A stretch of DNA of 59,862 nt from a virus (lineage: Duplodnaviria; Caudoviricetes): positions 1-59,862 of IMG/VR virus record IMGVR_UViG_3300036841_000201. The stretch is one strand, 5' to 3'. This document shows, in pieces, positions 45,534 through 54,194 of the stretch. Position 1 is the stretch's first letter. Each line of letters begins with the position of its first letter. A program made the position numbers and the translations under genes. The notes under the pieces were generated by a model. The model searched no databases and had not been told where the DNA came from. It was given only the letters and a program-made list of their open reading frames with translations.

Positions 45534-46109
45534 ATGGCCGTAAGCAGACGCCTGCGCTTCGAGATCCTCCGCCGCGACAACCACGCGTGCCGGTACTGCG
45601 GTGCTACGGCGCCCGAGGTGAAGCTCACCGTCGACCACGTCGTCCCCGAAGCGCTCGGCGGCACCGACGACCCGAGCAACCTCGTCACGGCGTGCCAGTC
45701 CTGCAATTCCGGCAAGACGTCGATCGCGCCGGACAGTCCGCTGGTCGATGACGTGGCAGCCGACGCGCTGCGCTGGGCTCGGGCCCGTGAGCGCGCCCTA
45801 GCCACGCTGACGGCCGAACGCGACGCGCTGTACGACTACGTCCAGGGCTTCTTCCGGTACTGGGAGGACGCTTCTCCGCAGTTCGCTGAGTTGCCCGAGG
45901 ACTGGGATAGCTCGATCGTCCGCTTCCACGACGCTGGACTCCCGTACGACGAGCTGATCGACGCCACCCGCCGCGCCTTCCTGGCCGGGCACGTCCCGCA
46001 GCGGCGTCGCTTTGTCTACATGCTCGGCATCGGCTGGAACAAGGTCGAGCGCATCCAGGCCATGACCGAGGAGATCGTCCGATCCGACGACGCCGGGGAG
46101 GGCGAATAG
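45534..46109 (+). CDS. HNH endonuclease domain protein
   Basis: LRRDNHACRYCG...VDHVVP...NLVTACQSCNSGK. Confidence 0.88.
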   Translation: MAVSRRLRFEILRRDNHACRYCGATAPEVKLTVDHVVPEALGGTDDPSNLVTACQSCNSGKTSIAPDSPLVDDVAADALRWARARERALATLTAERDALYDYVQGFFRYWEDASPQFAELPEDWDSSIVRFHDAGLPYDELIDATRRAFLAGHVPQRRRFVYMLGIGWNKVERIQAMTEEIVRSDDAGEGE

Positions 46110-46841
46110 ATGCCCTGGTTCCTTGTCGACGACGGGTTCGCGTTCCATCGGAAGGTGGTCGCGGCCGGGAACGCGGCGCTTGGGCTGTGGGTCCGCGCAG
46201 GGTCCTGGTGCGCCCGTGAACTCACCGACGGGTTCGTACCCGACCACATGCTGACCGCGCTCGGCACCAGGCCGCAGGCGAAGCGACTCGTCGCCGTTGG
46301 GCTGTGGGAGCGCGTCGACGGCGGGTACCGGTTCTGGCAGTGGAACGACCCCGGCCGGCAGCCGACGAGAAATCAAGTCGAGCAGAAGCGAGCGGCCGCG
46401 CGCGAACGAATGCGTAAAGTCCGTGGTTCGCGCGAACAGGATGAGAACGAACACTCGAACAACGCGCGAAGTTCGGACGCAGTTCGCGACGCCTTCCCTT
46501 CCCTTCCCTCTCCTTCCCTTCAGGAAGGTTCTCTAAGAGATCATCTCTCCCGCCGTAACGCGCGTCCGGACCTTGATGACGATCTTGCTAAGCAAATCGA
46601 CGAACAGATCATTGAGGTCCTCCGCGACCAGACCGGACTCACCGTCACCGCCGATTGGGCCGCCAAGACTCGCCGCCTGATTCTCGGTAAGCGCACCAAT
46701 GTCACCGAACCTGAGCGGTACGTGCTCACCGCGATCGAGCGTGAGCCGGAAAGGTTCCTGCCGATTGGTCGTGACCCAGCCAGCCAGAGCGCAACGGACG
46801 CCATCGCGGCCACCATGCGCGCCGCCCGAGGTGAGCCATGA
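46110..46841 (+). CDS. Putative replication initiator (RepA-like)
   Basis: MPWFLVDDGF..HRKV...GLW...GSW....TDGFVP family; internal short repeats. Confidence 0.65.
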   Translation: MPWFLVDDGFAFHRKVVAAGNAALGLWVRAGSWCARELTDGFVPDHMLTALGTRPQAKRLVAVGLWERVDGGYRFWQWNDPGRQPTRNQVEQKRAAARERMRKVRGSREQDENEHSNNARSSDAVRDAFPSLPSPSLQEGSLRDHLSRRNARPDLDDDLAKQIDEQIIEVLRDQTGLTVTADWAAKTRRLILGKRTNVTEPERYVLTAIEREPERFLPIGRDPASQSATDAIAATMRAARGEP

Positions 46842-47020
46842 TCGGACGCCGCTACCTCGATCCGGGAGACCGGCTGTCTGGCCGGCACAACCCGCCGCGT
46901 CCGTGCCGGATCCTCGCCCGCTGGGCATCCCGCGGCGGCCCGCGGAACGTCCTCGTCGCCTACGACCACGGCACACACGCCGTGATCCCGTTCCCGCGCT
47001 GGCGGCGGAGGATGCCATGA
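46838..47020 (+). CDS. Hypothetical protein
   Basis: Coupled ORF. Confidence 0.5.
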   Translation: MIGRRYLDPGDRLSGRHNPPRPCRILARWASRGGPRNVLVAYDHGTHAVIPFPRWRRRMP

Positions 47021-47319
47021 GCGACCCGAAACCGGCCACCGAAGCACTCGTCCGTCTCGCTGTCGAAACCCGCAGCGACGACTGGCCCGAACGCGACATC
47101 CGCGGCGCCCTCGCCGCAGCACGCACCGCCGGCCTCACCTGGCCGCAAGTCCTCGCCGCGTTCGGCCGCCTGATGGCCGACCCGAAGGCGCACCCGCGCG
47201 AGCTCGTACCCGACTCGCGTTCGCCGCTGGCGTCGAAGCCGCGTCTCGCCGATGAGGCTGTGCACCGGCACGCCGCAGCCGCCCGAGCCGCCCTACAAGG
47301 AGACCAAGATCATGATTGA
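47017..47319 (+). CDS. Hypothetical protein
   Basis: GGAGG RBS; coupled. Confidence 0.55.
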   Translation: MSDPKPATEALVRLAVETRSDDWPERDIRGALAAARTAGLTWPQVLAAFGRLMADPKAHPRELVPDSRSPLASKPRLADEAVHRHAAAARAALQGDQDHD

Positions 47320-47746
47320 GCAGACACCGACATCCGCGATCAGCGCCGACCTCCGACGCCGGCTGACAGCCAAGATCACTGAGGATGGCATCGCGCCGCC
47401 GCTGGCCGAACGCATCCTCGACCAGACCGTTGCGTTCCTGCGTCTGGTCGCCGACAGCCCTGGTCAGGGGTTTTCGCCGTCGCCGTTGGTGGACATCGGC
47501 TGGCACGCGTTCATCCTGCACACCCGCGACTACGCGCAGTTTTGTGAGCGGGTGGCGGGTCGGTTCATCCACCACGACCCCGACGACGGTGTTGGCGGTG
47601 TGGGGCGTGCGGCTGTCACTGCGGCGGCGATGCGGGTGCGTGGCATCGAGGTCGATGAGGGCTTGTGGTACGGCGCGGCGCAGTGCGGTGCCCATTGCCG
47701 CGCGACCCGAGCCGCCACGACTACGAGCACCCCGCGTACGAGCTGA
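47312..47746 (+). CDS. Glycine-rich-domain-like (DUF1399-type) protein
   Basis: PSPLVDIGWHAFILHTRDY..FC....GRFIHHDP. Confidence 0.7.
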   Translation: MIEQTPTSAISADLRRRLTAKITEDGIAPPLAERILDQTVAFLRLVADSPGQGFSPSPLVDIGWHAFILHTRDYAQFCERVAGRFIHHDPDDGVGGVGRAAVTAAAMRVRGIEVDEGLWYGAAQCGAHCRATRAATTTSTPRTS

Positions 47747-47806
47747 GGCCTGTCGTGCACAAGCGCGCGATCGACCGTCCCGCCCTACACCACCAGGAGA
47801 CACCAG

Positions 47807-48130
47807 ATGCCTGACCACCAGCCCGAAGACGCCGAGATGAGCCTCGTAATGCCGTTCGTCACCTGCCGGTCGGAGGGCGGCCCGCACGACGACCAGTCGT
47901 ACGTGTGCGGCTACGAGATGGGCAAACTCGACGCCACGCTCCGTAACGGGATCGGGCTCAACTACTACGAGCTGACGATCCACACCGAGAACGTGCCGCA
48001 GGCCGACCTGATCGCTATGGAACACGGCTACGCGATGACCGCCACACAGAGCACCGACGTGCCTGAGTGGACGTTTGCAGTGTTCCGCCGCCCCGAGCCC
48101 ACCCCCACCGGAGGCACCGGCAATGACTGA
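47807..48130 (+). CDS. Hypothetical protein
   Basis: GGAG RBS; GC3 bias. Confidence 0.6.
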   Translation: MPDHQPEDAEMSLVMPFVTCRSEGGPHDDQSYVCGYEMGKLDATLRNGIGLNYYELTIHTENVPQADLIAMEHGYAMTATQSTDVPEWTFAVFRRPEPTPTGGTGND

Positions 48131-48338
48131 GCAGAACTTGGCCAAGCACTTGGCCTCCCGGCACGCCGACGGTATGGCGCTCACCCGCTCGTTGGCCGAG
48201 AACCAGGATGCCCATGCCCACGAGCATCGGGGGCCGGGCACGATTCGCAACCACGACCCCGAGGACCTGAGTTGGGATCAGGCGAGCGTGGACCTGGTCG
48301 TCGCCGAGCTGTCGGAGGGAGGCACCGATGGCGAGTGA
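48123..48338 (+). CDS. Hypothetical protein
   Basis: GGAGG RBS; overlaps neighbours. Confidence 0.55.
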   Translation: MTEQNLAKHLASRHADGMALTRSLAENQDAHAHEHRGPGTIRNHDPEDLSWDQASVDLVVAELSEGGTDGE

Positions 48339-48894
48339 GCGACCCGACGTGCCAAACGAGTTGGTGGAGACTGCGGTCAACGCATTGCTACACGAGCTCG
48401 GCATCCCTCGGAGCAGCCCGTGCGGGCTCGCGTACGAGCGCGAAGTCCGATCCATCCTCGCCGCTGTCCTGCCCGCCCACGAAGACACGGTGCGGGCAGC
48501 GATCGTCAAGGACATCAAGCACTACTTCGCGTCGGTCGATGACTCGCTTTACGACGATGTGATCACTCTGTGCGGCCGGATCGAGCGCGGCGAATATGGC
48601 CATGTCGACCCACCGGATCACCTCGCGTGCCAGACGGTCGAGATCGACGGTGGACCGGTACGGGTGCAGGCCGACCAGCCTCTCACCGACGACGATCGGG
48701 CAGCGCTCACCGAGCTGGTTGGCGCGGCGAAGCGGCGGATGGAGGCCGAGCAGGCGGCCGAGCGCGCCGAGATCGAACGGCAGGTGCGGCAGGTCACGCT
48801 CGCGAAGATCGAGGCCGACTTTCGGACGCACGAGCCAACGCTCGACGAGCTGTGGAACGTCGTCCGCGAGAACCTGGAGTCCCGCCGTGGCTGA
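48328..48894 (+). CDS. Hypothetical protein
   Basis: GGAGG RBS. Confidence 0.6.
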   Translation: MASERPDVPNELVETAVNALLHELGIPRSSPCGLAYEREVRSILAAVLPAHEDTVRAAIVKDIKHYFASVDDSLYDDVITLCGRIERGEYGHVDPPDHLACQTVEIDGGPVRVQADQPLTDDDRAALTELVGAAKRRMEAEQAAERAEIERQVRQVTLAKIEADFRTHEPTLDELWNVVRENLESRRG

Positions 48895-49159
48895 GCAGAC
48901 AGGCCCGCGCGAGGTAATTGCGTCGCTGCGCCTGCGGCAGTACGACTCCGAGTTCGACGCCTCACACCTGTCATGGCAGGACTTCACCCACGATGCAGAC
49001 GAGATCCTCGCCGCCCTCCGCGACGCCGGCAAGGTCATCGTCGACGCCGAGGACGCCCGAGCCCTACTCCGCGCAGCGATCGACTCTGGCCACGACGTGT
49101 CCACCGAATTCCGCAGCGTCCGCGCTGCTCTCTCGACCACCGAGCAGGAGGACCGGTGA
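48887..49159 (+). CDS. Hypothetical protein
   Basis: GGAG RBS, GTG start. Confidence 0.55.
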   Translation: MAEQTGPREVIASLRLRQYDSEFDASHLSWQDFTHDADEILAALRDAGKVIVDAEDARALLRAAIDSGHDVSTEFRSVRAALSTTEQEDR

Positions 49160-49536
49160 GCACGGGCATGCCGGAAGGTATCTGGCTGGCCAAGTTCGGC
49201 GTGATCGTTACCGACTATTTCGGCCACATCCCGTACCACGTCGGCTCGTCCCTGCACACGAAGGACTGGCGGGACGTGGACGTTCGGTTGATCATGCCCG
49301 ACGACGAGTTCACGGCCCGGTTCGGCGCCGTGCAGAACACGGCGAACGCGAAGCTGGCCGCGATCACGCTGGCGTTCACCGCGCTCGGTACGCAGATGAC
49401 CGGGCTCCCGATCGATTTCCAGATACAGCCGCAGTCGTACGCCAACGGCGTCTACGGCGGCGAGCCTCGCTCAGCACTGTTCGAGATCAAGACCGCCGCT
49501 CTCTCGACCACCGAACCCACCGAGGAGACCGGGTGA
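49156..49536 (+). CDS. Minimal nucleotidyltransferase-like protein
   Basis: YHVGSSL....WRDVDVR (GS...DxD). Confidence 0.55.
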   Translation: MSTGMPEGIWLAKFGVIVTDYFGHIPYHVGSSLHTKDWRDVDVRLIMPDDEFTARFGAVQNTANAKLAAITLAFTALGTQMTGLPIDFQIQPQSYANGVYGGEPRSALFEIKTAALSTTEPTEETG

Positions 49537-49540
49537 ACGG

Positions 49541-49744
49541 TCAGGCTTGGTCCTTCGGTCGACGCGGCATCTCGTCGATGTCTCCGACGAACCAGCGCGC
49601 GAGACGCCGCAGGATGACGGACCGGTTGGAATCGGGGTCCATCTCCTTCGCTGCCTGGTCGAGCCGCTCCCAGAGGTCGTCATCCATGCGGACGCGGCGG
49701 AACGGCGTTCCTGGTGGCACCTGCACTCCCGCTGTTGGCTTCAC
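49541..49744 (-). CDS. Ribbon-helix-helix DNA-binding protein
   Basis: RRVRMDDDLWERL......NRSVILRRL. Confidence 0.65.
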   Translation of the reverse strand: MKPTAGVQVPPGTPFRRVRMDDDLWERLDQAAKEMDPDSNRSVILRRLARWFVGDIDEMPRRPKDQA

Positions 49745-49831
49745 GCGATCCTCCCATGGTCCATGTTGTAGGCTTGTCTGTAGCTACAGTATGACTTACA
49801 ATGGCGCTACAAGCAATCAGCAGGGGGACCG

Positions 49832-50128
49832 ATGAGCAAGAGCGCATTTGCGAAGGTGCGGGACGCAATGGCACCGCAGACAGCCGCCATGACTACCGAG
49901 GCCCTGTGCACGGCACTCCTGGTGCTCGACGGGCCGGACCTGGACGAGCCGGAGCGCACCGTCCGCGCGGTTCTCGAAGGTGCTCTGTGTGAACGGCACG
50001 CCGAGGCGTATGAGGCGTCGCTGCGCTGGTACGAAGACCGCGAGGCCGGGAGTCACGCTGAAGCCATCACCACTGCCGCTCTCGTCGCCGCTGGCGAGTC
50101 AGCGCTGAAGGAAGATCTCAATGGCTGA
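49832..50128 (+). CDS. Hypothetical protein
   Basis: Divergent from the RHH gene. Confidence 0.6.
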   Translation: MSKSAFAKVRDAMAPQTAAMTTEALCTALLVLDGPDLDEPERTVRAVLEGALCERHAEAYEASLRWYEDREAGSHAEAITTAALVAAGESALKEDLNG

Positions 50129-50507
50129 TCCGGACGTGCGCGACCTGATCGCGAAGATGCTGTTCGAGGACATGGACCGATACGACTACGGGCTCTCTCA
50201 CTGGCAGTGGTACGCGGACGTGCTCGTTGATGCTCTCGCTGAGTCCGGTCTGGCTGTGCTGCCGGCTAGAGACGTGCGGCTGTTGGTGGAGCACGACGAC
50301 ACCGATAACCCTGCGCTGAGGGCCCTGGGAGTCGTCAATCGAGTCGAAGCGAAGCTTCGTCTCCGAGCCCGTCTTCTCGCTCTCCCTGCACCTGGCTCCG
50401 AGCCCGGCTCTCGCCGCGCCGACCGGTCGCAGACTGATCCGCTTCTTGAAGCTGAGGAGCGGATAGACGGGCTGTACGACGGACGCGAAGGGCCGGGCGA
50501 TGGCTGA
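50121..50507 (+). CDS. Hypothetical protein
   Basis: Overlapping operon ORF. Confidence 0.55.
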   Translation: MADPDVRDLIAKMLFEDMDRYDYGLSHWQWYADVLVDALAESGLAVLPARDVRLLVEHDDTDNPALRALGVVNRVEAKLRLRARLLALPAPGSEPGSRRADRSQTDPLLEAEERIDGLYDGREGPGDG

Positions 50508-50754
50508 GCGGATCACCTGGAAGCAGGGCCAGTACAGCATCACCAGTGGCTACGTCGGCGGCCTGCCGCTGTTCACGATCGCGTGGAAGACGTCACGGGC
50601 GGCGCCCGATTGGACCCTGCAAGTGGATCTACCAGGCGGGTGGGAGCACCTCGCCAGCGACGACAAGGACGCGTTGAAGCAGCGGGCTGAGGCGGCGCTC
50701 GTGGTCTTCGTGGAGCGGCTTGGCGCGAGTTTCTCGGAGGAGTCTGATGCCTGA
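50500..50754 (+). CDS. Hypothetical protein
   Basis: Overlapping operon ORF. Confidence 0.55.
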   Translation: MAERITWKQGQYSITSGYVGGLPLFTIAWKTSRAAPDWTLQVDLPGGWEHLASDDKDALKQRAEAALVVFVERLGASFSEESDA

Positions 50755-50790
50755 CCGGCCCGGATCTCCGCTCGCTACCGCTCAACAGAT

Positions 50791-51180
50791 GTGGGGGACG
50801 ACATGACAACTGATCTTCCTGACGTTCGGCCAGGCCAGATCTGGGCCGACAACGACAAGCGGTCCAAGGGCCGCACGCTGCAAGTGGACCAGATCATCAG
50901 TGATCGCACTAGTGGTGACCTGGTTGCGGTTTGCAAGATCCTCACCAACGCAGACAGCACCCAGCGTGAGCTTGATGATCCCAAGATTCTCTGGTCGAGC
51001 CGGGACATGCGCGGCCAGAGGGTTCGGGTCAAGGTCAGTCGTATGCGGCCGACGTCTACCGGCTACCGGCTGATGCAGGACGTCCCGCAGCAGTACTCCA
51101 GCGATCCCGATTCCTACGACCGTAACGGCGTCATGGACGCAGCCGGTCACATCCACTCCGACGCCGACCCAGGACTGTGA
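50791..51180 (+). CDS. Hypothetical protein
   Basis: VRPGQIWADNDKR motif; start may be ATG 50803. Confidence 0.6.
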   Translation: MGDDMTTDLPDVRPGQIWADNDKRSKGRTLQVDQIISDRTSGDLVAVCKILTNADSTQRELDDPKILWSSRDMRGQRVRVKVSRMRPTSTGYRLMQDVPQQYSSDPDSYDRNGVMDAAGHIHSDADPGL

Positions 51181-51184
51181 TCGC

Positions 51185-51343
51185 ATGCCCCTGAAGAAAT
51201 ACATCACCTGGGCCATAGCCGCCTTCGTGATCTTCTACCTGCTCCGCTCGCCCACCAACGCCGCCCACGTCGTGCAGAGCGTGGCCGACAAGATCGCTTG
51301 GGCGGCGAATTCGCTGACCCGATTTGTGAACGAGTTGGCCTGA
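51185..51343 (+). CDS. Small membrane protein (52 aa)
   Basis: MPLKKYITWAIAAFVIFYLLRSP...; not in the ORF track. Confidence 0.6.
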   Translation: MPLKKYITWAIAAFVIFYLLRSPTNAAHVVQSVADKIAWAANSLTRFVNELA

Positions 51344-51354
51344 AAGGAACCCCG

Positions 51355-51582
51355 ATGGACGACAAGGACATCGAGCAGATCATTGAACGGCTGAGCAAGC
51401 GCCACAGCCTCAGCCGCCGAGCCGCAGCCGCGATGGTGGCCGACTGGCGAGCGGACGGCAAAGAAAGCCCCTACGGACTCGAGGTCAGCCAAGCGGCTCT
51501 CGGTGTCGTCGTGGGCAACGCAGTCCGGAAAGCCCTACGGCCGTTTACCGAGATGGCATCACGCTTCCGGGAGGGCCGATGA
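51355..51582 (+). CDS. Hypothetical protein
   Basis: AAGGA RBS. Confidence 0.55.
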   Translation: MDDKDIEQIIERLSKRHSLSRRAAAAMVADWRADGKESPYGLEVSQAALGVVVGNAVRKALRPFTEMASRFREGR

Positions 51583-51710
51583 ACGACGACAAGCCCAACC
51601 AGCCGAACCTGAAGTGGTTCACCCACTCCGCAGCGTTCGTCGTCCTGGTGTTCCTGGTGGCGCTCGCCGGCGCCATCGTGGTGGCCGCGTGGAAGTGGGC
51701 GCTCGGGTGA
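51579..51710 (+). CDS. Small membrane protein (43 aa)
   Basis: Single TM segment; coupled at both ends. Confidence 0.5.
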   Translation: MNDDKPNQPNLKWFTHSAAFVVLVFLVALAGAIVVAAWKWALG

Positions 51711-52513
51711 CCACCGACCGGTGCATTGCCGCCCACCGCGTCGATCCCGACCGGCCACGCCAAGCAGCCGACGGCAAGTACCTGTGCCAGGGCCACCTCG
51801 CCGACCTCGAACAGCTCGTCGCGGAGATGCCCGCCATCCACGACGACCTCACCCGCCCGTCCACACCCGGCCCGAAGGCCTACGGTGGCGGTGGCGAATC
51901 CCACGGCCTCACGGTGGATGACGCGGCGGCCGACCTGCGGCGCCACATGGAAGGTGTCGTGGCGTCCTGGTGCCGGGTTGTCGTCGAGGAGCGCGGCGCC
52001 CGCCCGCCAGCGAGCGAAGCCATCCACCACACCTCGCCGTGGCTCGTGAACGCCCGCACCGACCATCTCGGCTGGTGTGCCGCGAACCGGTGGGTGGACG
52101 AGATGCTGGCCGAACTCCGCGAACTCCGCGGCAAGGCCACCGGCCTGGTCGATCTGCCCGCCCGCAAGGTGCCGCTGGAGGCGCCCTGCCTCGTCCACGC
52201 CGACGGCGAGCCTTGCCCCGGCACCGTGACCATCATCGTGCGTGGGGACGACTGGACGGCCCGCTGCGACACCTGCCCCGACCCTCAGGACGCCACCCCG
52301 TACGTGCGGGCACTCTCGAGACCCGGGCAGACGGTCGACGTGGCCGGGGTGATCAGGCTCGCCCACATGGCCGGAATCCCGTGCTCACCCGACGTCGTTC
52401 GGCAGTGGGCGCACCGGGGCAAGATCAAGGGTGGGGACGGGTCGTACGAGTTGGCGAGCGTGCATGACTACCTGGCCAGGCGTCAGGCCAAGAGTGAGAG
52501 AATCGCATCGTGA
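51707..52513 (+). CDS. Zinc-finger plus HTH protein, candidate late-gene regulator
   Basis: Multiple Cys/His pairs; C-terminal VRQWAHRGKI HTH; position before the packaging genes. Confidence 0.55.
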   Translation: MTTDRCIAAHRVDPDRPRQAADGKYLCQGHLADLEQLVAEMPAIHDDLTRPSTPGPKAYGGGGESHGLTVDDAAADLRRHMEGVVASWCRVVVEERGARPPASEAIHHTSPWLVNARTDHLGWCAANRWVDEMLAELRELRGKATGLVDLPARKVPLEAPCLVHADGEPCPGTVTIIVRGDDWTARCDTCPDPQDATPYVRALSRPGQTVDVAGVIRLAHMAGIPCSPDVVRQWAHRGKIKGGDGSYELASVHDYLARRQAKSERIAS

Positions 52514-52782
52514 TGACCTTGGCTCTCGTCGCACCCTTCTTCGCTGCGATCCTGGTGTTCGACCCGCTGCGCCGGGCGGCCGTCGTCCTGATCCGTGCGC
52601 TGGCCGAGGGCTTCGTGGAGATGTCCACCAGCTTCGCCCCGGTGATCAACACGACCATGCGCGGGCCACAGCACTGGATCGAGGACCCGCTACGCGCCAT
52701 CACCGGCCGACAGCGGCCCGACTACGAGCGCATCGCCCAGCTGGAGGCCGAAGCGTACGGGGCCGTAGATGACGCACAGTAG
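52510..52782 (+). CDS. Hypothetical membrane protein
   Basis: N-terminal hydrophobic segment. Confidence 0.55.
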   Translation: MMTLALVAPFFAAILVFDPLRRAAVVLIRALAEGFVEMSTSFAPVINTTMRGPQHWIEDPLRAITGRQRPDYERIAQLEAEAYGAVDDAQ

Positions 52783-53164
52783 CGGGGAGCACGGATTGCC
52801 GGGGCGAGCAACTACAGACAGTGGTTTGGTGGCGTTCCTGCACGCCCGGCTCGACGAGGACCAAACGGAGATCGATAAGCACCCGGATGACCCGACCGAG
52901 CCGGCCGGCTACGAGACCACCACGGAGACCGGCTATCCCTGTCTCCCCGTCCTCATCATCGGCAAGAAGCGGGCGTTGCGCGAGGTCGAGGCCAAACGCC
53001 GGATCGTGAAGCGCCATACCGGTGAGCACCACTGCCATCAGGAAGAGCACGAGTGGTACGAGGCTGGCGAGCGGGTTACGGGCTTGTGGCCATGTGATGA
53101 TCTCCGTGATCTTGCCGCCGCGCACGTCGACCATCCGGACTGCAAACCGGAGTGGAAGCCGTGA
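52769..53164 (+). CDS. DUF6221-like protein
   Basis: FLHARLDED...LREVEAKRRIV...DHPD..PEW. Confidence 0.65.
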   Translation: MTHSSGEHGLPGRATTDSGLVAFLHARLDEDQTEIDKHPDDPTEPAGYETTTETGYPCLPVLIIGKKRALREVEAKRRIVKRHTGEHHCHQEEHEWYEAGERVTGLWPCDDLRDLAAAHVDHPDCKPEWKP

Positions 53165-53394
53165 GGCTCTGGCGCAGATCTCGAACGCTGGCCGCTTCCG
53201 GGGTGCTTTTCGGCCGCGAGCCTGGAGGGAACTGGGAAGGCGGCACCACCGACCGCAACGGTCATCGGTGGATCCACGAGCCGTGGCGTGGCTGGCGCCG
53301 CGTCGAGGACCTCCCGCGTCCGCTGAGGCGACCACAGCGTGTCGACTTGCACGCAGGTCAGACGGGTGTCACACTCAGTATGAAACCGTGGTGA
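53161..53394 (+). CDS. Hypothetical protein
   Basis: GTGA coupling. Confidence 0.4.
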   Translation: MRLWRRSRTLAASGVLFGREPGGNWEGGTTDRNGHRWIHEPWRGWRRVEDLPRPLRRPQRVDLHAGQTGVTLSMKPW

Positions 53395-53416
53395 TCAATA
53401 CGCCCGGGAAGCCCGG

Positions 53417-53677
53417 TCAGTCCTCAGACGGCCGGGCATCGTCATGTCTCGGCCGGATCGTCTCCTCGTCGAACACATATGATCCCCAAGCCGCCGACGG
53501 TGATCCTCGCGGATCGGTGTACTGAAGCCTGATCGCCCACCCGTCCGGCAGTCGAAACCAGGCGTGGATCGCCCCCGGCCACCACGCTCCCGCAAGCCTG
53601 ATCCACACGTACGCGTGTGCTGGCTTCACCGGCTCGCTACCGGCCGGCACGTTGATCCACTGAGCGTCCCGCGTCAT
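53417..53677 (-). CDS. Hypothetical protein (Trp-rich)
   Basis: Fills the gap opposite the operon; MTRDAQWINV... Confidence 0.45.
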   Translation of the reverse strand: MTRDAQWINVPAGSEPVKPAHAYVWIRLAGAWWPGAIHAWFRLPDGWAIRLQYTDPRGSPSAAWGSYVFDEETIRPRHDDARPSED

Positions 53678-53723
53678 CCCAGTCGAGCGTATCGAACAGG
53701 TGAGCGATGGGGGGTGATCGGAT

Positions 53724-54194
53724 GTGCCTAAGCCGATCTCCCAACCCAAACGCGACGCGATCCTGACCGACATCAAGGCAGGGGAGAAGTCCTGCCGACA
53801 GATCGCCCGCGACCACGGCGTGAGCCCCGGCACAGTCTCCGGCATCGCAAAGGGCGTAGAGGGCGCCTTTGAACGTTCGGCCACGAAACGCGCTACTGAG
53901 GCGAAGGTTGCCGACAACAAGGCAATGCGTGCTGAGGTATCGCGGGAGTTCCTCACCAAGGCGCGTGAGTTGCTGGCGATGATGAATGAGCCGCACCTGG
54001 CGCACAGTTTCGGCGGCCGCGACAACGTCTACCGCGAGCACGAGTTGGCGAAGCCGCCGCCGGCCGAGCTGCGGAACCTGATCGTGTCCGCGGCGGTCGC
54101 GTTCGACAAGCACCTAGCCGCGGACCGGCACGACAGCGACGATCAGGGCCTCGCCGCGGTGGATGCGTGGCTGCGGTCGATGCTCGGTAGCTGA
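53724..54194 (+). CDS. Terminase small subunit (HTH)
   Basis: N-terminal HTH; coupled to the large subunit. Confidence 0.75.
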   Translation: MPKPISQPKRDAILTDIKAGEKSCRQIARDHGVSPGTVSGIAKGVEGAFERSATKRATEAKVADNKAMRAEVSREFLTKARELLAMMNEPHLAHSFGGRDNVYREHELAKPPPAELRNLIVSAAVAFDKHLAADRHDSDDQGLAAVDAWLRSMLGS

